A stretch of DNA of 63,508 nucleotides, the filler included, from Licmophora abbreviata (Eukaryota): NCBI GenBank assembly GCA_900291995.1. It is 8 parts of 8 records of this genome, joined end to end, with 100 filler letters (N's around TTAATTAATTAA, not from the genome) between each part and the next. Parts side by side here need not be neighbours in the genome. Positions count along the whole stretch, not along the records: positions 19,135 to 30,283 come from OLMU01003945.1; positions 30,384 to 42,072 come from OLMU01003946.1; 6 more parts are not named here. One strand, given 5' to 3'. The first letter of the stretch is position 1, and every line of letters begins with the position of its first letter. A model generated the notes under the pieces. It had not been told where the DNA came from, searched no databases, and saw only the letters and a list, made by a program, of their open reading frames with translations. Shown here piece by piece: positions 24,220 to 34,800 of this stretch. The position numbers and the translations under genes are program-made.

Positions 24220-25637
24220 ATGAGCTCCGTTCCAGAACAATCTGCCGATCTCCCGATCAAGAAGAATCGCAAGGTCAAATACCGCAAACCCCCTCAGGCT
24301 CCGCGACGTTTTAAGTCGGCCTACATGTTCTTTTCGACTGAGAAGCATAGGGAGATCCGGGAACGACTTAAGAATCTGGGAAAGGAAGAAAAGGTGAGCA
24401 ATAACATCGAAGTCTTGGTCCTTACACTTTCGTGTAGGGAATCGCGAGCTCAACAACATTCTTTGTCGTCTCTCACCACTGCACCTCGCACACGATTCGA
24501 TTCGTTTTGTTTTCTTTCAATAACACAGACTACCAATATTGCTAAGATGGTGTCGCTAGAATGGAAGGCGATTTCCATAGACGAAAAGCGTCCCTGGGAT
24601 GAGATGGCGCGGAAGGATAAGGCGCGGTACGATCTTGAGAAGAGCATGTACACTGGGCCATGGCGGGTGCCCTCCGCGAAGCGTTCCTCTAAAAACCCTT
24701 CTGCTCCTAGGCGTCCAATGAGTGCATTTCTCAGCTTTGCGCAGGGGGAACGATCCAAAGTTAGAGACCAGCATCCTACAAAGACGAACACGGAGGTGTC
24801 ACGACTGTTGTCGCAGATGTGGAAGGAAGCTCCAGACGAGATTCGGAATCATCACATTGAACTGGAAAAGACACGGAGGGAAGATTATAAAGTGAAAATG
24901 TCAGAGTGGAAAGAAAACCATGAAAAAGAATTGGCCGGTCAAAGGCAAAAGCGGGAAGAGAATGTACTGGCGGCCATCCGAGCGGGTGTGAGACCCATTG
25001 ACAGAGAAGGACACGGGCCGATTGACCACGCAACGCTATCGGCGACTGGCGTCTCAGGACTGCACCCGGGAGTGTCGATGCAGTATACTGGAAATCAGCC
25101 CATATACTATGAGGGCGACCCGATGGGAGCGTACCCGTACTCGGCATACGATGGGTACCCGCTACCAGTGCCGGGGCGAGGGTACCGGGAGCTGGACCAG
25201 GACGGTTCGCAGCGGATGCCATACGGGCCAGAAGGAGGCTACGTGGGGGACCCTTATGCGATACAGACCGGCCCGTATCAGGAAGCACCAGAGGCTATGT
25301 ATCAATACTATCCGCCTCAAACCTACGTTGGGACGCACCCACAGTTTGCCGGAGCTGCTGCCCAGTACGGTACGTAGTTCTTCAATGGAGCTGGATGGGC
25401 GTTTATTTCCTTGTTGCGCCTTGGCGTTCTTTGTCATATTTTGCTCACTGCCCGGTTTCTTCTTAACCAGATCAATACTACGGTTCAGCGATTGCCCAGA
25501 TACATGACGCCGCGACCAACGGAGGTTCGCATAGCCTCGGAGGCTCACCGGAGGGGTACGCGTATCCGCCGCCTCAGCAACCACAGCAACACCCGCAAGA
25601 AGGGGACTATCCACCGCAGCAGTATGGTCAGTACTAA
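24220..25637 (+). CDS. Tandem HMG-box protein, 3 exons
   Basis: Exons 24220-24393, 24529-25369 and 25471-25637. HMG boxes APRRFKSAYMFF...WK...DKARY and APRRPMSAFLSF...LSQMWK, followed by a Y/P/Q/G-rich tail. Confidence 0.88.
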
Positions 25638-26151
25638 TGGGGAACATAGACATAGACGCAGTAAATGATCGAAATGCGATGCGAAATGGAAATCTCAACT
25701 CAACGAAGCGAAAGTATATATGACTGTGAGAAACTGACTAATTGAGTTTAAAGATTACCCACAACATTTTCCCAAAGGCAACGTTGTCTCCCGTTAGGAG
25801 CGCGCCGGGGGCATACCTGTTATTCTGAGGCGTCCTGCAAAACGCACATAGCGTACCGGGAACCTGATGATACTGAAGATTGTAGATTGACTGATGACGC
25901 CGCCTACAAGCAGACGTCCGGGGGTTGGTTTGCATGGGTGTCCGATTTTTTAATTTTTTCTCAGAGCTCGCCCAAGAGCCAACCAATGGGAACGCCCGCA
26001 AGCCCTATTGACATGAAGCAGCCACACCAACACAGACAACGACTTCGCCAGCTTATCCTCCGACGTTATCGCGCACAAGTTTTCTCTCACTCACAACACA
26101 CACGCGAATGGTGGTGAAGGTTCAAGGTGCGGCGTCCTTATTGTGTCGGCG

Positions 26152-28296
26152 ATGAGCGGCCGTGCACCAGCCTCGCAACAGGCCATGTCCACGGATGCTC
26201 CTGATCCGATGGCAGGGGCCGGGGATGCGTCCGAATCAGCTGGACTTCCCGGTGTCCGCGTCGTTCAAGATCCCGCGGCGATCCAGCTCCGGTTGGATGG
26301 AGCCATGACCGTGCAGTCGATCAAGAACCTTCTGAAGAATCAGGGGTCGACGGAACAGTTCTTTGGAAGAGATGGAGAGCCTGTGTCAGAGCCTATGGAT
26401 AACGATGTGCTTTGTGGACGAGGAGGGCTCGCCAACAATCATGTCGGGAACAAGTGGTTCCGAGAGCTTGTTCGTTGTAACAGAGAACTCTACCATAGGT
26501 CCAAGAAACAGCAGAAAATGATGGTCAGCAAGGCCATCGTCGCCGCCATTACATCACAGCAGCCCCCTGGGCGCTTCTTGGAACTCAGCTGTAAAGACAA
26601 GCGCTGGTATCCAGTCGAATACAAACGAGCAGTCAACAAGACATCGCAGACGCTTCGAGAGAAACCAATCGATCCGCCTGGCGCTGCGACGCCGGCTAGC
26701 GGAGAAATAGAGCGCAAAGCATCCTTGCTTTCGAATATCGGCGCTCTTTCAAAAACTATGGATGGTATCAAGAAAACTTCGGGGCTTGGGCTCCTCAATG
26801 ATCCTAGCAGCAAACCCGCACTGAATTTTCCCGCAAATGTCGGCGTGTCCATCAAGCGGAAGTACCCGGCGGGACAAGAAGAGGAGGTACGGCCACAAGA
26901 GCCAGCGAAGAAGCGTCCTATGTCCAGCCCTAGCGACGAAGACCCTGAATCTCTGCCATTGAACGAACAGCCTTCTGCCTCTCCAAGTCTTGTGCAGTTC
27001 TTGCATGACACCGTCTCCTTCATTTCCGGCAAGAAGAATCCTTCAATCAGTGCCGCCAAGCAACAAAATCAGGGCGAAGGAGCAGAGGCGCGCCGACGAG
27101 AGCTCGTCAAGAGACAGAGAGAACTCCAACAGGAACAGATCCGCCAGATGGATGTGTTGAGACGCCGACACGTTGCGCAGCAGCAACGCCTCCTTCAACT
27201 AGCGGGCATGGCACCTGGAATGCTGCCGTTTCAGACGATTATTCCAGCTCATCAGTTCCCCCCAGCTTCTATTCTTCCTCTGAATGGTTCGCCCACAATT
27301 CGCCCACCACCACTCGGCATGCCGTCAGGTGCGGCAGCCCATAGTGCCACGCCGAAGCCCATTCTGTCCCGCGGGTCACCGCCGAGTCTTCTTCAGACGC
27401 GCGGTCCGCACGCCTCTGCGACCACCAAGCCACCAACAATGGCTACTCGGTCGAGGTCGCAGTTACTAGAAGAACATAACGAGCCTGAAGATGGGCCAGT
27501 GCCAATGTTGCCGTTCTTAGTGAGACCTTCCGGTGGACCTTTCGCCATGCCGCCTCAGCCAGACGATAAGCCGCCTGAAGAGGACACTCCAGACTTTCCG
27601 CTCGCTGTTGTAGAAGTGCCTGGCGCTTCTGCGGAAGAGTCGGTCACCGCGAGTGCGACGACTATGGAGGATACTCCCGATGCTGACCCTGAAGGGCCGC
27701 CGCGGACGCGACTCACCAGTCAAGTCTCTGACTGGCTACAGTCGTTCTTTCCTCTCCCCACGGAGGGTGGAGCGCCGGATGTCAGCGCTATGGACGAAGC
27801 GTATCGCCTTGAAGTTGTCGTGGGCGATAAGAAGCCCCCGGCATCGCATGCTGCTGATGAAGTCGGGGGCTCTGCTGACGGAGTCGGCTTAGCAGACGGC
27901 ACTGCTACAGACGGCGAGGACGAGATCCCTCCTCCTCTACCATTGGCTCGATCAGTTAGCTCGGCACTTTTGGCGTTGGCCACAAGCCCATCCCGATTCC
28001 TCTCTGGTCTGACGGCACTCTGGGATCGAACTCCGTCAGGAGGCGAGCCGGAAGGCGATGAAGACGAGGCCATTTTTCCGCCAAATCTAACATTCGGTAC
28101 ATCGCTGGGATCCCTCAGCATGCCTCCATCGCTAGGTCAGACAGAGGTAGTTGCGGTGCCCCCGCAGGCTCAGGGGCATTTATCTTGGGGGACGCGAATG
28201 AGAGGCCGCGAGAAACAACATTCGCTTCTCGACGACGTGGAAGAATCAGAAGATGAACAACGATTTCGGAGCTTACAGGCTCCATCGGATGCTTAG
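26152..28296 (+). CDS. DUF6824-type domain protein (diatom-expanded family) with a long disordered C-terminus
   Basis: PMDNDVLCGRGGLANNHVGNKWFRELV...PPGRFL...W...KTSQTLRE is the characteristic motif set. Confidence 0.8.
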   Translation: MSGRAPASQQAMSTDAPDPMAGAGDASESAGLPGVRVVQDPAAIQLRLDGAMTVQSIKNLLKNQGSTEQFFGRDGEPVSEPMDNDVLCGRGGLANNHVGNKWFRELVRCNRELYHRSKKQQKMMVSKAIVAAITSQQPPGRFLELSCKDKRWYPVEYKRAVNKTSQTLREKPIDPPGAATPASGEIERKASLLSNIGALSKTMDGIKKTSGLGLLNDPSSKPALNFPANVGVSIKRKYPAGQEEEVRPQEPAKKRPMSSPSDEDPESLPLNEQPSASPSLVQFLHDTVSFISGKKNPSISAAKQQNQGEGAEARRRELVKRQRELQQEQIRQMDVLRRRHVAQQQRLLQLAGMAPGMLPFQTIIPAHQFPPASILPLNGSPTIRPPPLGMPSGAAAHSATPKPILSRGSPPSLLQTRGPHASATTKPPTMATRSRSQLLEEHNEPEDGPVPMLPFLVRPSGGPFAMPPQPDDKPPEEDTPDFPLAVVEVPGASAEESVTASATTMEDTPDADPEGPPRTRLTSQVSDWLQSFFPLPTEGGAPDVSAMDEAYRLEVVVGDKKPPASHAADEVGGSADGVGLADGTATDGEDEIPPPLPLARSVSSALLALATSPSRFLSGLTALWDRTPSGGEPEGDEDEAIFPPNLTFGTSLGSLSMPPSLGQTEVVAVPPQAQGHLSWGTRMRGREKQHSLLDDVEESEDEQRFRSLQAPSDA

Positions 28297-28857
28297 TCCG
28301 GGTTCAACGTGTCTCAGCTATTCTTTTATAACTTGTTTCGAAAGACGAGACGTGCGCCGCTTCTTAGCGAGACGCACCTGGGGGAACGTACCGCACATCT
28401 GTTTCAATCGGAAACAGGCTGTTTTGCCGGGGCGTGTAATTGCATTCTGTGGCCATGCGCAGACCAAACAACTTGCCTATATTATTGCTAACTGATAGCC
28501 AGGCCATGATCATCTTACACGGCGCGAATTCATTCAACTCCTTCGTTCGTGGCCAGTAGACTAAGCGTCGATCATGACTCTGCTTCGGTTTCCTCGTTCT
28601 TCACGAGCCCTGCAAGTGGAGGAAAATGTGTAAATATGTGTTTTCAGGAGAAGCCCATTGGCTGGCCCTACTGTCAAGTGTATATAGGAATAGACTTGAC
28701 TTGAGAATCGTTTTTTGTATATCTGCGTGGTGTCCATGCATTATAAAAGTAAACAAATAGCTCTCTGAGCCATGCCGAATCTATCCTGTGTCCTACCCGA
28801 AATCGCCCCCCAGGCTTATGAGCTCCTCACAAGTCCACCATATGGAATTCAAATATG

Positions 28858-30282
28858 CTAATCATTGCAACGCTCTTTGAGAGAAGAGAACGCAGTTTTT
28901 ACCCATTCGTCTTTCGACGTTTCCGGCAGGTCTTCGATCTCGCCGAGGTCGAACAAGGCTACCTTCTTTGTCAATGGGTGGCAACCAACGTGTCGCCAGC
29001 GCACATCCATGTGCTGCTTTCCTTTGTGTGCAAACACATAAAGTGCCTTCCAAAGTGGCCCCTCCCCCTCCTTAGCTGTGTACCTGGTCCGATCACCCTG
29101 TTTAATGGGCCAGAAATACGGCATAATCAGACAAATCTTGCCACCCGAAAGCTTCGCGACGATAGACTTCCCAAAATGTTCTCCATAAACCATTTTCCAG
29201 TTCTCCAGTTCCACCTTGGCTACGCGTTCCGACGCCGATTCAGTCTTTTCCAGTTCCGACGGGAGTAGCCTTTCAGGCGTTGCTGCATTCTTCCTGTCGA
29301 CCTCAGGAATATTGTAAAACTTGACGACGCAAACTCCAGCCCCGCCATGAGAGACAGCCAAACAAGCTGAGCCATTTGCTCCAAATCCGAGTGGCTGCAA
29401 CAGATAGAGATATTTCAACTGCGCATTCGCCAAGGCGTACTTTAGGTAATTGATTTTGCCCGCTGAGAGTTTCTGAAACGCAAACACAGTGTTTTCAGTA
29501 CTTTGGGACTCAGTGTGTACAGTACAGGGGGATGTGTCGCGGAACCGGATCTTTCGCGCGAGCTTGTCATTGCCCGAGTGGAGCTGAGAGTAGTAGGCCA
29601 GACCTTTCGCTGACTTGTACATGAGCAAGACAGCAGACGCAATCAATTTGATCATGTCATGACCTGAACCTGGACCGTCAATGGTCTTGGCTGCGTAGAG
29701 TACTCGTGATTCTCCATCACAGTCTTTCTCGGTTAAACCATTCGCCTCGCCGCGCTTGCGCTTATTGTCATCAGAGGAAATGATGGCAACTTCCAAGGCG
29801 GTCTCCTCATCCTCATGGAAGAGTTGTACTGGTGAGCAGCCATTTGTGGTCGTATCTTCTGCCATATCATCATTCTCTGGGTGGAAGGGTTGTTCTGGTG
29901 AGAAGCCATTTGTGGCCGTATCTTCTGCCATCTCTTCAACCGCTATGTTGCGACAAGCGTCGCATCGTAGAGACGCCGTAGATGCAAGCATCCACTTGTT
30001 TCCCGTTGTGATAATTCCAAATGCTTGGGGCATGCCCCCTAGACGAATGGTCTGAAGTTGGTCGTAAAGCTGCCCTGCCACCTTGCCGCTCCCGAAAATC
30101 TTGTCGTCGTTTGTCTCGTCATGAGGCTTTTTGATTTCTATACATCCGATTGGGAGTTTTTTGGAAGCCAATACCAGCATCACATCGAACTCCATTGACA
30201 ACATGCTTCGTTGGACTACTACGTGGATCATGTGGCGCAAACCAAGTGCGCGGATGACAGCAGCAGCGAGGTTTGAGACCCT
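28858..30282 (-). CDS. PD-(D/E)xK nuclease-like domain plus degenerate kinase-like domain (Crinkler-type C-terminal architecture); 5' part runs into the gap
   Basis: The frame is open from the gap edge. REase-like motifs are FDVML..PIGCIEIKKP, GQLYDQL and AFGIITTGNKW. Kinase-like motifs are LGFGANG, VVKFY, LIMPY, HMDVRWRHVG and LFDL. Confidence 0.7.
   Translation of the reverse strand, partial: RVSNLAAAVIRALGLRHMIHVVVQRSMLSMEFDVMLVLASKKLPIGCIEIKKPHDETNDDKIFGSGKVAGQLYDQLQTIRLGGMPQAFGIITTGNKWMLASTASLRCDACRNIAVEEMAEDTATNGFSPEQPFHPENDDMAEDTTTNGCSPVQLFHEDEETALEVAIISSDDNKRKRGEANGLTEKDCDGESRVLYAAKTIDGPGSGHDMIKLIASAVLLMYKSAKGLAYYSQLHSGNDKLARKIRFRDTSPCTVHTESQSTENTVFAFQKLSAGKINYLKYALANAQLKYLYLLQPLGFGANGSACLAVSHGGAGVCVVKFYNIPEVDRKNAATPERLLPSELEKTESASERVAKVELENWKMVYGEHFGKSIVAKLSGGKICLIMPYFWPIKQGDRTRYTAKEGEGPLWKALYVFAHKGKQHMDVRWRHVGCHPLTKKVALFDLGEIEDLPETSKDEWVKTAFSSLKERCND
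29814..29931 (-). repeat. 66-bp in-frame tandem duplication (MAEDTATNGFSPEQPFH / MAEDTTTNGCSPVQLFH)
   Basis: Two near-identical copies with period 66, ending at 29865 and 29931. Confidence 0.9.
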
Positions 30283-30283
30283 G

Positions 30284-30383
30284 NNNNNNNNNNNNNNNNN
30301 NNNNNNNNNNNNNNNNNNNNNNNNNNNTTAATTAATTAANNNNNNNNNNNNNNNNNNNNNNNNNNNNNNNNNNNNNNNNNNNN
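30284..30383. other. Artificial scaffold spacer
   Basis: 44 N + TTAATTAATTAA + 44 N. Confidence 0.98.
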
Positions 30384-30796
30384 TTTTCCTCTTTCTCTTT
30401 ATAGTTCGCGATTGTTTGGTCATCCGCCTTCTTTTCTTCCTTCCGCATCTTCTCTTTCTCTTCGTCTTTCGCCTTCATTTCCTTCTCCCGCCTCTTCTCT
30501 TTCTCTTCAAAATTCGCCTTCATTTCTTCCTCCCGCCTCTTCTGTTCCTTCTTTATCTTTTTGATCTCTTGGTCTTTCGCCTTCATTTCCTTCTCCCACT
30601 TCTCCTCTTTCTCTTTAAACTTCGCCATCATTTCCTTCTCCCACTTCTCCTGTTTCTCTTCAAACTTCGCCATCATTTCCTTCTCCCACCTCTCCTGTTT
30701 CTCTTCAACTTTCGCGATCGTTTGGTCTTTCGCCTTCATTTCCTTCTCCTGCGACTCATCCTTTTCCTTCTCCCACGCTTCGTTTGTGCTTGTCAT
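30384..30796 (-). CDS. E/K-rich repeat helix (15-aa units such as KWEKEMMAKFEEKQE); probable N-terminus of the 28858-30282 gene
   Basis: ATG at 30796, open to the gap, with a 45-bp tandem period (AAACTTCGCCATC at 30617 and 30662). Same strand as the ORF on the other side of the gap. Confidence 0.6.
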
Positions 30797-30937
30797 CGGA
30801 TTCGATCGAGTGATAGGGCTTCGCCGACAGAATGTCGTCTGCGGAGCGCGTATTGCAGCGGGTCGCTAAGATGCAGCACCAGTCGTGTCAAGGCTAACTA
30901 GCGCCCTTCGAGTGGAAGAGAATTCTTCGTTGATGAC

Positions 30938-31048
30938 GAAATCTGAAATCTGAAATCTCGAAATCTCGAAATCTCGGGTTTGTCGACGTCGTGGCGCTCT
31001 CCCAAGTCGCAAGACTGATTCGATTCATTCGATTCGACTGATTCATTC
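30938..31048. repeat. (GAAATCT[C])x5 tandem plus a GATTC/ATTC cluster in a divergent promoter
   Basis: Read directly. Related arrays occur at 46011-46033 and 57699-57768. Confidence 0.85.
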
Positions 31049-31178
31049 AAACAGAAATTCGATTGCTGGACGTTTGCTAGGATTCGTACGACGTACAGTC
31101 GTTCTCTCACAGCCGCACAGTTTTCGTCACAGTTCAGATTTTGGACCACGCGGTATTCCCACGAGCAACAGTTTGATC

Positions 31179-31758
31179 ATGGCCAAGTGTGTTTGCAGTC
31201 TCGTAAGCGAAAGCGGATCGGCCGTGACGGGCGTATTGCGCCTGTCACAGAACAGCGAGGATGCTCCCACTCTCATTGAAGGCGAGCTCAGAGGTTTGGG
31301 CCCAGGAAAACACGGTATCACCGTCAATCAGGCGGGCGACCTGTCGGAGGGAGCGGCGACCTGTGGTCCCATTTTCAACCCGTTTGGTGAGTGCCATCGC
31401 GTGCGCCCATGAAATAAAGACCTGTCAAAGGTGGTGAGGGATTCTACATTTCGAAGAGTGTTCTCACTTTGTGGCCCTCTTCTCGCTGGTTTCGCCAGGC
31501 AAGACGCACGGCGCCCCAGAGGATGACGAACGGATGATGGGGTCACTAGGAAACGTTGTGGTGGATGAGACTGGAAAGTGTAACGTGGCGATTCAAGATA
31601 AGGTCTTACAGCTTTTGGGTCCTCATTCGGCGGTGGGAAGGTCCATCGTGGTGTATGCCAGCGAAGACGATCGCGGAAGAGGTGGGCACGACAACTCGCT
31701 CTCGACCGGGAACGCTGGGCCCAGGGTAGCGGCGGGGGTCATTGGAATCTGCGTGTGA
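31179..31758 (+). CDS. Cu/Zn superoxide dismutase-fold protein lacking most metal ligands, 2 exons
   Basis: Exons 31179-31386 and 31499-31758. GLGPGKHG, GD, FNPFGKTHG, LGNV, VGRSIVV, DDRGRGG and TGNAGPRVAAGVIG align to SOD1 over its full length. Confidence 0.88.
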
Positions 31759-31828
31759 GAAGATAGAATATACTGAGACGTTATCGAACTTCTTGACGGA
31801 CGCGGGAAATTGCATGCTTAACTAGGGC

Positions 31829-34800
31829 TTATACTGTAATTCCTTCGACTACCACTGTCCACTGCAAGGGGAAAACGTAGGAAACCGACTTTGAGGCATG
31901 TGTGGTTGTGATGCGAACAGACTGTAGGTCGTAGACGCCCCCCATCATCACGGCCGCCTGCATGGGTACAGTGATCTCTTCTCCAGCGCTTAGTGCCCAC
32001 TCGAAATGCTCGGCGCCAATATAATCAAACGAAGCCTTTGGCCTTTCCATGGAGAACTCAAACTCGACATCATCTTCGAGAAGTCGGTTCCTTACTGTCA
32101 CATCAAAGGGAACATACTACAGCGGGCAGGGAATCAAAGGAATAGTATCATGAGTGATTGTCAATGGGCGTCATAACTTGGAACATGATTCAACAAGCCA
32201 AAGGACAATAACTCACCAGTGGACCCCGTTCAAAGTTGTGTGATACGAATGGCGGGTGTTTGCTGGTGATGGATAGCGGACATCCCTTGTTGTTCTTTCC
32301 TTGTCTCACCGACAGCCCAGTTACATAGTTCTGCCCGTAAAGGGTTGCTACATCCGCTCCTTCGTCTGATGTGCTCCATGAGCATATGATGTTAATTTTC
32401 GCGACGCTGTCGCCAGCGGGGCAGAGCCTAGCGATAGACGTCGGATGAGCAGGAGCGGATGGGTCTGATGAGTACTCTTCAGTATCAGTACTATATCCAT
32501 CGCTGATTTCGCTTACAGAACTCTTTGCTCGTCGAATCTGCGCGATAGATCGAGGATGGGACCCGTTCTCTTCGGCGGTCGCTCTTGCAATTTCCATTTG
32601 ATGCATTGACATAGCAACCTTAGCGATGAGGGCCAACACGAAAAAGAGCGCGTCAGTGGAAGATGAGAGTAGGAATGCTCTCGCATCGCGGGGCAATATG
32701 GCAACGGAAGCCGCTTACCTGAAACTCTTCATGCGCATGCTTGAGACAAAGGAAACCACCAGCTTCCGCGGCTGTGTAGTCCCGGACGACTGTTGTGCTC
32801 CCTCCATCGAGTGGGCACTCCGTAACGGTGCAAAGTTCACTCTTGGATTCGAGAGGAATCACGCGGTAGTGCATTGTGACGCGTTCCTGCCAGCCAAGTC
32901 GAATCGCTGACGCATCCGTCGCCGTATCAGCAAGCTGGTTCTGCAATGGCTCAATTCGGTAGTGCCGACTGAGAATACTCAGCTTGTCAATATGCACCGA
33001 AGTTTCCGTTGACTGGTCAGAACGATAGTTCGTCATCTGTTTTGCGAATACGTACGGAAGCGAGCGAGCGTTTAGAAGTTGAGCCGGTAAGACAGCAATC
33101 ACGGCAACACGCATTGCATTGCATTTACCTCGACCGATAGGACATGCTCCTTCTTCTGCCAGAAAGAAGGCATCAAGGAGGCGGTGAATGTAAGCGATGG
33201 ATAAACTGGAACTTCGACCATCTTTCGAAGCCAACGGCATCTTGACTTCTGACCAGAGTCTCCACAAAGCTCATATCGATACAACATGTAAAAGTCTTGC
33301 TTGCCCCCTACAGCAGATCGGATCAGGATAGGCACGTCGACGGTCTCGCCAGGATGGATTATTCCTTCCTGCTTCAAGCTTGGACTGTGAAGCGGAATCG
33401 ACAGGAGAGTTCCACTCGGACCAACACAATGGGGCAAAGGGGCCGTTTCTCGTAGGGGCTTCTGATCGTGGGCCTCAAGCCGGATCCATGGCATGTTCGT
33501 CTTTAGTGTCAGCAAATTAGCTGGAGCTGTGCCAGCGTTCGTGAGCTGGAGTGTCCATGCGCTGATCTGTCCCAGGAGCATCGGTGAGTCTCCTTTCTCT
33601 TGCGGGGTAGACGTCGAGTCGCCTCTCGGAATTAGATGAGCAGTCAGTCGCGGCATGTCTTCCTTGACTTGTGATTTGAGCATCATGGACTCAGCTCGCA
33701 CTGTGAAAAACACGCCAAGATTATGTCACCGAATATCGAACACAGCACCATTTATACTTCAAAAGTCCAACAACTTACCTCGGTTAGCACGATTGAAGCT
33801 CGTATCCTGCAACAGTGGGCCCTTCACATGTAGCGGTTGGTAGATCCAAACATCGTTGAAGAGCCTAGATCGCACGCCCACAATCTCGAGGTCGCCTTTC
33901 ACCAACTGCCAAGAGATACTCTCACTTCGCTTCCCGAGTCAATCGTCAAGTCCTCCTTTGTCACGACAAAGTAAGCCTCCTCAAGCGCGGTGGACTTCCA
34001 TGCACCTGTCCCTGACTGGCCATCAGTTGGTGATATGCGCCCAAACTCAGGCGACTTGAACTCGCGGTTTGAACTCTGGAAGGTCCACTTCTTACTTTCC
34101 AATGTACTAGTCTCAGGGGCGTCAATCGAAATTGCATCTTCGCTTGTACACACGCATCTGCTCTCCGACGCCACAAGTGTGGCGACGAGCTGAATGTCGG
34201 TAAGCTCGATCGGCACATTCAAAGGATTGTGCATAGAGAATTCTACCAATAGAGGTTCCATCCGAGCTTGAACAGCAGGGCTTTGCTTCTGGTTTGCAGA
34301 CTTCTTCGCACGTGCCATGATATTCAAATTCATCTTCTCTTTGTCAATCTGTGCAATAGTCTGACGAATAATCGGGTCGTCGATCACAGCGAGCGCGCTG
34401 GGAAGGTCGTCCTCTGTAGATTGAGAGGTGTGGGTATTTGCTATCTTGAGCTCGGCTTCTGCGCTGCACATGAGATCTTCCCAGACGCTTTCGTCCCCAT
34501 TATTGCAAGTTCCAAATGACGGGATAAACTCATGTTGCTCCTTCGCCTCGGCCTCTACCATGACCGTGATCGATGACTCATCCAGATGCGGCAAATCCAT
34601 GTTCGGTAGCTCAAGAATGCGTCGGGAGTGCGGGGTGAACGTCAAGACCTGATCCATTCGGTCGAAGCGAGCCTTTCGCACCTCAATGTTGCTGGTTCCA
34701 GGCGTTGCCATCTTGTCGGCGCCCTCCAGAGCCTTCTCTGAGTGTTGCTTACAAATATCGAGAAGATGGTTGACGAACTTTTGCTGCGACTTGACGGACA

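Noticed and set aside
30384..30796. CRISPR-like periodic repeats
   Set aside because: The units are codon-phased, degenerate and have no unique spacers; no cas genes are present and the context is eukaryotic.
30416..30901. Very hydrophobic F/L-rich ORFs on the + strand
   Set aside because: They are the antisense shadow of the purine-rich E/K repeat.
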